From: a virus
DNA: 64,000 nt
Virus record (IMG/VR): IMGVR_UViG_3300045988_142756
Direction: 5' to 3' (one strand)
Translations under genes and position numbers: made by a program
Part shown: piece by piece, positions 52,023 through 60,427 of the stretch
Numbering within the stretch: the first letter of the stretch is position 1
Layout: the number at the start of each line of letters is the position of its first letter
The notes under the pieces: generated by a model
Databases searched by the model: none
What the model saw: the letters and a program-made list of their open reading frames with translations, nothing else
Told to the model about the DNA's origin: nothing

Positions 52023-52946
52023 ATGAAAAAGAAACTTACACCGAGTTTTCTTTTACGCAAACGAAAACGCTTAAAACCTAATCAGACCGCTGCGGTTAAA
52101 TTTTTCAATTACTTAAAGAAAGAATTAACTAAGCAACTGAACCTTAAAAAAGATTCTACCATAGAAGACGCATTAGATAAACTTCTAAAGGTAGATTTCA
52201 CAGGGATTAAAAAACATATTAACAGATTAGGTTTAGACGTTCTAAAAAAGAATAGAGAAGGCTTTGCAAATATTCTTGAGTCTTTAACAATAGGCTTAGC
52301 ACAACAAAATATACAAAAACAAAAACAACGAGAAGAAGAATTATTCAAACAAGCATTACCAAGCCTAATTAAAGAAACTAAGATATATCAACCTTTTTTG
52401 GATAAGTTTAATGAGAATATGTCGCTCATAAAAAACTTACCAGCAGATGTTGAAAGAGAACTTAAAAAAGCATACCTTAAAGGCGAAGGATTCCGTGGAC
52501 AGGATATAGAAGACTATATTACTGAGAAAATGGGTAAACGAGCAAAACTCATTATCAGAACGGAAAGTGCTAAATTAAATTCTGCATTAACAGAAGTACG
52601 AGCAAAGAGTTTAGATATTAACTGTTATATGTGGAGTACAAGTCAAGATGCAAGGGTAAGACCAAGTCATAAGTTAATGAATAATGTATTAGTATTCTTT
52701 AATGATACTCCTATTCTTGACGGAATGAAGGGTAATGCAGGTGAAACACCTAACTGTCGCTGTATTGAATTACCAGTATTTGGAATAGATGATATATCGT
52801 TTCCAGTAAAGGTAGCAGAAAGGTTAGTAGTAGATAGTAAATATAATAAATCTACTAAAAAGTCAAACGCAATAATAAAAAGCGGTAGAATCGCTATTTA
52901 TAATAAAAAAGAATTTATAGAAAAATACGGAAATAATTTCAATTGA
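52023..52946 (+). CDS. head morphogenesis protein, SPP1 gp7 / Mu F family
   Basis: SQDARVRPSHKLMNNVLVFFND...GETPNCRCIELP is the family signature. Confidence 0.75.
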   Translation: MKKKLTPSFLLRKRKRLKPNQTAAVKFFNYLKKELTKQLNLKKDSTIEDALDKLLKVDFTGIKKHINRLGLDVLKKNREGFANILESLTIGLAQQNIQKQKQREEELFKQALPSLIKETKIYQPFLDKFNENMSLIKNLPADVERELKKAYLKGEGFRGQDIEDYITEKMGKRAKLIIRTESAKLNSALTEVRAKSLDINCYMWSTSQDARVRPSHKLMNNVLVFFNDTPILDGMKGNAGETPNCRCIELPVFGIDDISFPVKVAERLVVDSKYNKSTKKSNAIIKSGRIAIYNKKEFIEKYGNNFN

Positions 52947-52956
52947 GAGGTATTAA

Positions 52957-54357
52957 ATGAAAAAATTCAAAATTACACAAGGCGATAGGGTTTATATAGT
53001 TGATGCAAAAAGTCATATAGACGCTATTAGCAAAGTTAAGGCAGTTAAAACGGATGAGATGAGAGATTCTATATCTCAATGGAATCCAGGTATGAGTGAA
53101 ATAGGTTTATTTCAAATTTCATACAAGCGCAACGGGGTATATCAATCAATACTTGTCAGAGCCAACTCTGAAGAACAGGCAAAGCAGAAGTTATTAAACA
53201 ATCTAAACGGAGTAGATATTATAGGAGTTAATTCCCACCCTTCTCCTCACTTCCACGAACCTATTTTAGATTCTAAGATAAAAGATGATGGTTATTATTA
53301 TTTACTCAGAGATGCTATTGATTTATTAACTAAACCGGGTGCAGCAAGAAGTTGGTCACAGCCTTATTTAGAGGAAGTACAAGAATATATGGTTCAAAAA
53401 GGCATAAACCCTACAAATGTAAATCAGTGGAAGAAAAAATATGAAAGCCTTACTAAGGATTCCTCAATAAAAGATATAAATCAAGTATTATTATCTAATC
53501 TTAAACAAGTAGCACAAAAAGGTGATGCTTGGTGGAATAAATGGAAGAAATTATTAGATATGAGTGATAAATGGAATTCTTATCAATGGAAGGAACTTAG
53601 AAATAATGACCCTAAAAAATATAAACTTATTATTAATAATAAACAGTATGCGGAAAAAGAAGCTGAGGCACTAAATAGAGAATGGGATAGAGCAATAGAT
53701 GCTTTAAGCAGAGACAGATCGTTTGGTCGTCCTGGTGATTATAGAATGGATTTACACAGTTACAAATCTCGTAATGATAATTATCCTATGGGTAATAGTC
53801 GAAGATATGATGAGATTTTATATGGTTATGAACAAGCAGAAAAATCTGCCAGAGCAAAAAAGGGCTTAGATTCTTCTATAAAAGATGCGTGGTCTGGTAT
53901 TAGAAGTAATGGGGTTATATTTAACTATTCTAATGGAAAATATACAATAACGCATAAGAATGGCAAGGTAGAAACATTCCCTGATAATAAATTTAATACT
54001 GTCGAAGAATTATTTAAGTATATAGATAATATAAAAGACTCTGCTATTAAAGATGAAGATTATTCTAAATATTTGTCTATTGTAAAACAACTTGAGAAAC
54101 TTGTAGAACCTGCTAATAGAGCGTTACAACAGAAAATTGCAAAATACGGTGTAACTAAACAAGATATAAGAAATAATTCTCCAAAATATAGAGATGTATG
54201 TAGAGAAATACCAGAATTAAAAGTATGGGCAAAGTTAATTATGCAGTTACCTGGAGAATTAGCAGGATTTATGCCTGCACACCCGAGTCAAGAAAGTGTA
54301 GATAAACTTAAAAAAGCAATAACTAATAGTAAAGCATTTGACTCCACTATAAAATAA
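52957..54357 (+). CDS. member 6 of the family: 466-aa protein with two N-terminal modules and 6 D-S-x-I-K-D-type motifs
   Basis: MKKFKITQGDRVYIVDAKSHIDAISKVKAVKTD and FQISYKRNGVYQSILVRANSEEQAKQKLLNNL. Motifs include LDSKIKD, KDSSIKD, LDSSIKD, KDSAIKD and a terminal FDSTIK. Confidence 0.6.
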   Translation: MKKFKITQGDRVYIVDAKSHIDAISKVKAVKTDEMRDSISQWNPGMSEIGLFQISYKRNGVYQSILVRANSEEQAKQKLLNNLNGVDIIGVNSHPSPHFHEPILDSKIKDDGYYYLLRDAIDLLTKPGAARSWSQPYLEEVQEYMVQKGINPTNVNQWKKKYESLTKDSSIKDINQVLLSNLKQVAQKGDAWWNKWKKLLDMSDKWNSYQWKELRNNDPKKYKLIINNKQYAEKEAEALNREWDRAIDALSRDRSFGRPGDYRMDLHSYKSRNDNYPMGNSRRYDEILYGYEQAEKSARAKKGLDSSIKDAWSGIRSNGVIFNYSNGKYTITHKNGKVETFPDNKFNTVEELFKYIDNIKDSAIKDEDYSKYLSIVKQLEKLVEPANRALQQKIAKYGVTKQDIRNNSPKYRDVCREIPELKVWAKLIMQLPGELAGFMPAHPSQESVDKLKKAITNSKAFDSTIK

Positions 54358-54420
54358 AGACAATACTAAACTAATTAAAATAATAGATAAAAATTAATTT
54401 ATATATAATAATTTATGTAA

Positions 54421-54524
54421 CAGGGTAGATATTAACTAAATACCGTTAAATATTTCTTAAAGCGTGTTTTTATAGCCATTGGAACAAAAACAATCAACCA
54501 AGTTATATGTTAATATTTACCCTG
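54421..54524 (+). promoter_or_regulatory. structured 5' leader of the protease-capsid operon
   Basis: 16-bp helix CAGGGTAGATATTAAC (54421-54436) / GTTAATATTTACCCTG (54509-54524, one G-U). Inner hairpin TGTTTTT/AAAAACA. TATAAT at 54404-54409 lies upstream. Confidence 0.5.
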
Positions 54525-54543
54525 ACTATATAGAAAGGAATAT

Positions 54544-55725
54544 ATGAGAATTATTGATAACAGATTAACATTTGGGCATAAGATAACTCCTCGTATTTGG
54601 GAAGATAATTCGGGTTATCTTATTTGCTATGACTGCATACTTGCAAGAACAGGTAGTTATGACTATTTGGAAAGTGAGATAATGCAAGACGGTGACCCAA
54701 ATAAAATTGTAAAAGTATATAGAACTCCTGAAGAAGTATTTAGTCCTGAGGCTATTGCTTCTTTTGAGAATAAACCATTTTGTAACGAACACCCACAAGA
54801 CGATGTAACGCCGGAGAATTATAAGGACTTAATGGTAGGTACCATTAGGAATATTAGAAGGGGTACAGGTAATTTAGAAAACTGTTTAGTTGGCGATGTA
54901 ATAGTTTTTGACCCCGAAGTACAAGAGTTAATTAAAAGCGGTGAAAAAAGAGAATTGTCGTTAGGTTATAATACAGATATAATACAAGACCAGTCAGGTC
55001 GATATGTGATGACTAATATAAGAGGAAATCACTTAGCACTTGTTGACAGTGGTAGGGCAGGGTGTGCTACTATTAGAGATAGTGCAAAATCATTAAATAA
55101 ATTAGGAGGACAAAACGGAATGAAGAATATCCGTAATGGCAAAAAATTCAAGTATAAGATGCTTGATGAGGACGTTTACGAAGTAGTAGATGCAGAGCCT
55201 GAAGAAGAACTTGATGTCATAGAAGATGATGATATTTCGACTGAAGAAGCACCTGCACCTGTTACAGAAGAGCCTGTCCACGATGACGACGACGATAAAA
55301 TGAGTCAAGTTTTGGATATGCTCACTAAAATTTGTGAACATTTAGGTATTGGTGCTGATGAAGCAGAACCCGTTGTTGACGAAGATGTACCTGAGGAAGT
55401 TGAAGAAGAAATCGTAACTGACGAAGATGTTCCTATGGAAGAAGATACGCCGGTAGAAGATGAAGATGATACTTTTGAAGTTGAAGAAATTGAAGACGAC
55501 GACGAAGAATTAGAACTTAGTGAAGAAAACAAAGCAATGGACGCAGATGCTTGCTTACCTAAGATGGACGAAGGTATGAAAAAAGATGCTGCTCCTAAAA
55601 AGAAGAGTGGTTCGGTGAAAGCATATTCTAAATTTGCAGCAGTTAAAGATTCGGCTCCTGTTGTAACAGCAGAAGATGTACAAAAATCGTTCCAAGACCG
55701 TTATGATAGAGCGGCTAAGAATTAA
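54544..55725 (+). CDS. DUF2213-like prohead protease/scaffold protein with long acidic region
   Basis: N-terminal ILARTGSYDYLESE...VKVYRTPEEVFSPEAIASFENKPFCNEHP...RELSLGYN matches the DUF2213 pattern, recalled from memory. Acidic D/E-rich segment at 55190-55530. Confidence 0.6.
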   Translation: MRIIDNRLTFGHKITPRIWEDNSGYLICYDCILARTGSYDYLESEIMQDGDPNKIVKVYRTPEEVFSPEAIASFENKPFCNEHPQDDVTPENYKDLMVGTIRNIRRGTGNLENCLVGDVIVFDPEVQELIKSGEKRELSLGYNTDIIQDQSGRYVMTNIRGNHLALVDSGRAGCATIRDSAKSLNKLGGQNGMKNIRNGKKFKYKMLDEDVYEVVDAEPEEELDVIEDDDISTEEAPAPVTEEPVHDDDDDKMSQVLDMLTKICEHLGIGADEAEPVVDEDVPEEVEEEIVTDEDVPMEEDTPVEDEDDTFEVEEIEDDDEELELSEENKAMDADACLPKMDEGMKKDAAPKKKSGSVKAYSKFAAVKDSAPVVTAEDVQKSFQDRYDRAAKN

Positions 55726-55747
55726 ATAATTTGGAGGAATAAAAATA

Positions 55748-56233
55748 ATGGCAAGAATTTTTGGTAAAGACGGTTATCAGCGTTTATTGCTTGGCCGTGA
55801 AATAAACATCAATGATATTAAAACTCGTACTTGCACTATCGCTAAAACAGATACGTCGAGTAACGCAGTAACAGGTGTTATGGGTGGCGAACTTTTAGTT
55901 TACACCGACAGAACACAAGTATATGCTCCGGCATCGAAAGCAGACGACAAAGTTGCTGGTATTTGCTTAGGCACTAATGTTAAACTTGACCCGTACTTCC
56001 CTGAATCGGCAGACGAAGTTAAGTTCATTGGTGGTGACGCTTGTGCGTGTGTTATTCAAGGCGATGTAGCAGTTAGGTTAGATGGTACGCAACCTAAAGA
56101 AGGTGCTGCTGTTTATTATGATTTTAGCAAGAAAGCATTTACCACTTCTAATAGTGGTACGATTGCTTGTGCTAATATGGAATTTAGAGGGATTTCGGAA
56201 GGTAGTGTAACCGTTGTCCGTGTCCGTTATTAA
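55748..56233 (+). CDS. DUF2190-like head protein (decoration- or auxiliary-capsid-like)
   Basis: 161 aa, Gly/Val-rich beta protein lying between the scaffold and major capsid genes. Confidence 0.4.
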   Translation: MARIFGKDGYQRLLLGREININDIKTRTCTIAKTDTSSNAVTGVMGGELLVYTDRTQVYAPASKADDKVAGICLGTNVKLDPYFPESADEVKFIGGDACACVIQGDVAVRLDGTQPKEGAAVYYDFSKKAFTTSNSGTIACANMEFRGISEGSVTVVRVRY

Positions 56234-56247
56234 GAGGAGGAACTAAG

Positions 56248-57384
56248 ATGGCAAATCAAATTTTTCAGCAAGTAAGCCTCAGAGATAGCACGGAAAGTAT
56301 TGCGGCTACTCACGGCGAACAAAAACTTGGTATCAAATTAAGGGATTGGGCTCCTGCTGTATATCATCAGTTGTATAAAGACCCTGTTAAGGCACGTATT
56401 CACGATGCAAACTTTGCATTCGTTATGACAACCCTTAGCAAACTTCACAATAAACAATATCAACCGAAAGTCAACTACACTTACGCACAAGATATTCCTA
56501 TCGATGTCGGCGGTGGAATGGTTGATTTCGTGGATTACTTCTCGGTAGAATGGGCAGGTCAGCCCACTGAGGACCAGAACGTTATGGGTAATAACGTCAA
56601 TATTATTCCTCGTGTTAATGCTAAACTCAATCATACGGCAGTTGAAGTTTACAACTTTGAAATTGCTTATGATATGAAGTTTATTGAAGTTGACAAACTC
56701 GAGAAGATTAGTTTCCAAAAAGCAGTTGAAGCAATTTATAAAGATGCTATTATGGCTGGTTGGGACCAGTTCTGTGACCGTATTGCTTATGAAGGTCGTG
56801 CAGGTGTTGATGGCTTTATCAACAATGCTAATGTTCCTGTAAATGAAATTCCGGCAGGTTCCAAAGATGCAAGTAAGACTGGTTTCGAAGGTATGACGGA
56901 TGAAGAAATCGTAAGTTTCATTAACGGTATTCTTAACCTTTATCTTACTAACACTAACCAGAACATTGAAATGTTACCTGATACGTTATTACTTCCTACG
57001 AAAGATGCTGCTATTCTTTCGAGCAGGTTCAGTGCATTATATACCTCGACATTGCGTGAATTCATTATGAAACACAATATAGGTATTGACGAAGCAGTTG
57101 CTGCTGGTGTTAATAACTATGTTCTTAAGATTCGTGGTCGTGCAAGACTTAACGGTATTGGCACACATAACACAGGTCGTATAATTGCTTATAAGTTCGA
57201 TAAAGATTATGTCCGTATGGATATTCCTTATCCTATCCAGAGTTATTATACCGCTCCTAACATTGATAAAGCGTGCTATACCACATACTTTGTCGGTCAG
57301 GTATCTCGTATCCAACTTCCGTACAATGAGAGCGCTGATACATTTGGTGCTGTTTCGTACTGGGATTTCGCTGCACAAGGCTAA
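56248..57384 (+). CDS. major capsid protein (DUF2184-like, HK97-fold class)
   Basis: 378 aa. Strong GAGGAGG RBS. Follows the protease/scaffold gene and is followed by a hairpin terminator. Confidence 0.65.
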   Translation: MANQIFQQVSLRDSTESIAATHGEQKLGIKLRDWAPAVYHQLYKDPVKARIHDANFAFVMTTLSKLHNKQYQPKVNYTYAQDIPIDVGGGMVDFVDYFSVEWAGQPTEDQNVMGNNVNIIPRVNAKLNHTAVEVYNFEIAYDMKFIEVDKLEKISFQKAVEAIYKDAIMAGWDQFCDRIAYEGRAGVDGFINNANVPVNEIPAGSKDASKTGFEGMTDEEIVSFINGILNLYLTNTNQNIEMLPDTLLLPTKDAAILSSRFSALYTSTLREFIMKHNIGIDEAVAAGVNNYVLKIRGRARLNGIGTHNTGRIIAYKFDKDYVRMDIPYPIQSYYTAPNIDKACYTTYFVGQVSRIQLPYNESADTFGAVSYWDFAAQG

Positions 57385-57398
57385 AATAACTAATATCA

Positions 57399-57425
57399 AC
57401 AGGGTGGCGTAAAAAACCACCCTGT
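57399..57425 (+). terminator. hairpin after the major capsid gene
   Basis: 9-bp stem ACAGGGTGG/CCACCCTGT. Weak T tract. Confidence 0.55.
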
Positions 57426-57455
57426 ATAAAAATTATTCAAAGGAGAATTTATAAT

Positions 57456-57707
57456 ATGGCAAATGGTAAATATATACCCGGTACATACTTATGTGATAGA
57501 AGTATTACTGTTTATAAGAATTTAAGCTGTCAATCGCGTGTTGATGCAAACGGCAGAATAGAACAAACTTATGGTACTTGGTCAACAGACGCTGATAACA
57601 TTATAGTATTTCATAAAGGTGAGAAAAAACAACTTACCGCTATGGATTTAGAAGTTAAAGGCATTAGGTCTTTAATTGACGAAGGTATTTTAGTAAGGAC
57701 TTTGTAA
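57456..57707 (+). CDS. hypothetical head-associated protein
   Basis: AAAGGAG RBS. Confidence 0.55.
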   Translation: MANGKYIPGTYLCDRSITVYKNLSCQSRVDANGRIEQTYGTWSTDADNIIVFHKGEKKQLTAMDLEVKGIRSLIDEGILVRTL

Positions 57708-57708
57708 T

Positions 57709-58143
57709 ATGATAATTGGACTTCCTGATCAAGTGAAACCGCCAAGGTACACTCTTAAAACATTTTGTAAATATATTCCTAAACTTAAAGAATGGGCGTG
57801 CAACCCAGATAATAAACTTATGTTTAGAGAATTTGTCGATAAATGTAAAGCACAATTTAATTATAGTTATTGGTTAGAGGACTGGGGATTTGCGGTTTCG
57901 CTTGGGGTTGCCCATTATGCTTGTATAACTGACCCTTCGTTAGCACAATCGGTAGGTGCTGATTCTGTTGCAGGTGGTGTAATGACATCAAGAACAGTTG
58001 GAGGAATCAGTTATTCGTACGATACCTCTTTAACTATGGAGCATAATCCCGGATATGAATTCTGGTATAGAACTGGTTATGGTACTGCATTAGTTCAATT
58101 ATCTCGTGCAAGAGGGTGGTTCGGTATGTTAATATCAACCTAA
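57709..58143 (+). CDS. DUF4054-like head-tail connector protein
   Basis: WGFAVSLGVAHYACITD pattern. Its position after the capsid gene is as in DUF2184-type head modules. Confidence 0.45.
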   Translation: MIIGLPDQVKPPRYTLKTFCKYIPKLKEWACNPDNKLMFREFVDKCKAQFNYSYWLEDWGFAVSLGVAHYACITDPSLAQSVGADSVAGGVMTSRTVGGISYSYDTSLTMEHNPGYEFWYRTGYGTALVQLSRARGWFGMLIST

Positions 58144-58150
58144 AATTATT

Positions 58151-58744
58151 ATGGCAGATATTATAGATATAAATGTACTTGTAGATAAATCATTTTTTAA
58201 TGTTCCTGCAAATTACAATAAAAAAGTAATATACGGCATACCTAAAGATTCAAAAGTACGAAAAGCAACCTCAAAGTCAAAATCAGTAAAAAATTCTAAA
58301 AAATCTAAAACAGATATTCAACCTCAAACATCTATAAATAACGCCGAAATTTTATGGCTTTTTGAACACGGTTCTGCTGCTAAAGATATTGACGGTAGAC
58401 CTTTACTTGGTCCGGTTAGGGACAATAATATAGATATAATTCAAAAAAAGTTTTTCAGTAAAGTATTTGAAGCCCTTATGCAAGGTGACCAAGTTGCCGC
58501 TGATGAATATATGCAAAAATTAGCATTATTTATGGAACGGCAATGTAAAGCATATTTTGTATCAAGTGACCAGAATCCAAAATGGAAAGAAAATGCAGAT
58601 TCTACGATTAGGGCTTGGGCAAAAGATGTAATGAAAAAGAATAAATCTGTTACTGCTGACGAGGCAGTTGAAAAAACAGTTGGTATCTGGACAGGTCAAA
58701 TGAGAAGTGCATTACGAGGACTTGTGGTTGAAGATAAAGACTAA
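58151..58744 (+). CDS. hypothetical neck/structural protein
   Basis: Intact ORF in the structural operon. Confidence 0.5.
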   Translation: MADIIDINVLVDKSFFNVPANYNKKVIYGIPKDSKVRKATSKSKSVKNSKKSKTDIQPQTSINNAEILWLFEHGSAAKDIDGRPLLGPVRDNNIDIIQKKFFSKVFEALMQGDQVAADEYMQKLALFMERQCKAYFVSSDQNPKWKENADSTIRAWAKDVMKKNKSVTADEAVEKTVGIWTGQMRSALRGLVVEDKD

Positions 58745-58853
58745 GCCCGAAAATCTGTATTCTAACAGACTTTTATCAATGCTTAATATAAATAATTAAC
58801 CCATTGGTAAAGGTGTGGTAGAGTTAAATATATAATGAAATAAAGGTATTATA

Positions 58854-59414
58854 ATGTCATTAGATAAATCAATTATTTGGACAAGGGAACAATATGAAGA
58901 TTTCTTTCAAAGTTTAACAAGAAAACTCTTGCCAAAATTTAATAAAAAGAATATAAGACCTGCTTACCAAAATGTTGGTGGTTACACAGCAAAAAATATT
59001 ATTAACCAACAATATGACGATGGAATGAGTGGGTTTTCTAATAAAGATGATTTTATCTATATTAAAGTACAATTTAAGCCTGGTGACGAAAGTTATGTAG
59101 ACGATAATGACGCTGTATATATGCAGAGATTTATTGATGTTACATATACTATATATGGAGAAAACAGCCCTACTATCGCTCTTACATTATTTTCTCTTTT
59201 AAGAACAAGTGCTATTTTAATGGAATTAGAAAAAGCAGGATTATTCTTCTATGGAACAAATAATGTAGAGTCGGCAAGAGAAACAATAAACGGTCAATGG
59301 TGGGAAAGAAATGATTTTACATTTACCATAAATGAATGTATTAAGGTTGAAAATCCAAATATACCACAGTTAGCAAAAGATATTGATGTGGAGGTGCTTG
59401 TCTTAAATGAATAA
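58854..59414 (+). CDS. hypothetical neck/tail protein
   Basis: Intact ORF in the structural operon. Confidence 0.5.
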   Translation: MSLDKSIIWTREQYEDFFQSLTRKLLPKFNKKNIRPAYQNVGGYTAKNIINQQYDDGMSGFSNKDDFIYIKVQFKPGDESYVDDNDAVYMQRFIDVTYTIYGENSPTIALTLFSLLRTSAILMELEKAGLFFYGTNNVESARETINGQWWERNDFTFTINECIKVENPNIPQLAKDIDVEVLVLNE

Positions 59415-59817
59415 TCAGTATATGCCTGATTTACAATCCCTTAGAATGGTACTTGATACTATGGGCGGAAAAATGTATAAAGTAATAAGGCAAGAAGTAT
59501 ATGATTTTAACGAATTTGGAAGAGTAGTACCTATATATACTGAACAGCAAATATATGGTGTCTTGATTAAAAAAGCACCTACTTTTACAATGCAAAGTGA
59601 AGGATTAGGTGACAGGGTTGACGCAGAATATTCTTTCTCAGTTGTTTATCCCGATGTGCTTAACTTAGGTGATACTATATTTAATGATGACGGAGAAGAA
59701 TTAAGAGTTATGTCGCAGGAAGGCGTATTAGAATTCGGTGGTGCTGTTACTTATGGGCTTGTAAGAAAAGGTACTTATGATAGGATGAAAGACAGAAATT
59801 ATATGCAATATAAATAA
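59407..59817 (+). CDS. hypothetical tail protein
   Basis: GTGGAGG RBS. Overlaps the upstream gene. Confidence 0.5.
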   Translation: MNNQYMPDLQSLRMVLDTMGGKMYKVIRQEVYDFNEFGRVVPIYTEQQIYGVLIKKAPTFTMQSEGLGDRVDAEYSFSVVYPDVLNLGDTIFNDDGEELRVMSQEGVLEFGGAVTYGLVRKGTYDRMKDRNYMQYK

Positions 59818-59858
59818 AATATAAAATATAATTAAATAAACAAAGGAGATTTTTCTTT

Positions 59859-60224
59859 ATGGAAAAATATTGGGAACACGAAATCACAGATTTATATGAA
59901 GGTATATCTTTCAAATTTGATAAGATAAATCCTATTGACCATATAAATTTAGTAACATTTGACACAAAGGGCTTATCTAAAGATGTAGATAATGGACCCG
60001 ACAAAGCAAGTGCTGATTTTATTAAAGCGTGCTTTAAGTACATTAAATGGAATAAAGGTAGTGGGTGGTTTAATGTACTTGACGATGTAGGTAACGCAAG
60101 ATTACCAGAATTAGATGAACACCCGTCTTTATTGTTAGATTTATTTATAAAATTTAGAACAGAGGTATTATTGCCCGTTTTTATCGAATCCAAAACATTC
60201 CAAGATATACTTCAAACAAAATAG
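59859..60224 (+). CDS. tail assembly chaperone, short form
   Basis: 121 aa with an AAAGGAG RBS. Lies directly upstream of the tape-measure-like gene. An overlapping start-less -1 ORF follows. Confidence 0.6.
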   Translation: MEKYWEHEITDLYEGISFKFDKINPIDHINLVTFDTKGLSKDVDNGPDKASADFIKACFKYIKWNKGSGWFNVLDDVGNARLPELDEHPSLLLDLFIKFRTEVLLPVFIESKTFQDILQTK

Positions 60225-60427
60225 AAGAAAGTTCTTATTTAGAACCAGTTAATGTTCCTATCTGGTTATACGGAATAATTGCATCTGGGCTGGCGACATA
60301 TAAGGAAATAAAATTTGATTTAGATATTGAGAGTGTTTTGGATATACTTGAAATAGTATGTGTTAAATGCGGAAATGAACAGATGGCGATGGATTTAGCA
60401 CAACAGAAGGTTGATAATGGCAAATAG
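59859..60427 (+). CDS. tail assembly chaperone, -1 frameshift-extended form (G/GT-like)
   Basis: The -1 frame is open from 60158 to the TAG at 60425-60427 and has no start codon. A Lys AAA slip is possible at CAAACAAAATAG (60213-60224). The extension reads IEESSYLEPVNVPIWLYGIIASGLATYKEIKFDLDIESVLDILEIVCVKCGNEQMAMDLAQQKVDNGK. Confidence 0.5.

Noticed and set aside
55190-55530. Repetitive GAA/GAT-rich DNA that looks like a tandem repeat
   Set aside because: It is in frame within ORF 54544-55725 and encodes an acidic D/E-rich scaffold-like segment. It is a compositional feature rather than a defined DNA repeat.
5858-57412. Nested same-strand alternative-frame ORFs (5858-6049, 11524-11772, 24312-24518, 27975-28202, 50796-50990, 57185-57412)
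   Set aside because: They lie entirely inside longer genes that carry clear family motifs. They have no RBS and their composition is typical of off-frame translation.
4840-60416. Several ORF-track start coordinates using TTG/GTG or upstream in-frame codons (4840, 10452, 17058, 20273, 22092, 26743, 26943, 28150, 30312, 32085, 40156, 60411)
   Set aside because: In each case a downstream ATG has a properly spaced AGGAG-type RBS and/or an ATGA/TAATG overlap with the preceding stop. The longer versions would run deep into the upstream gene.
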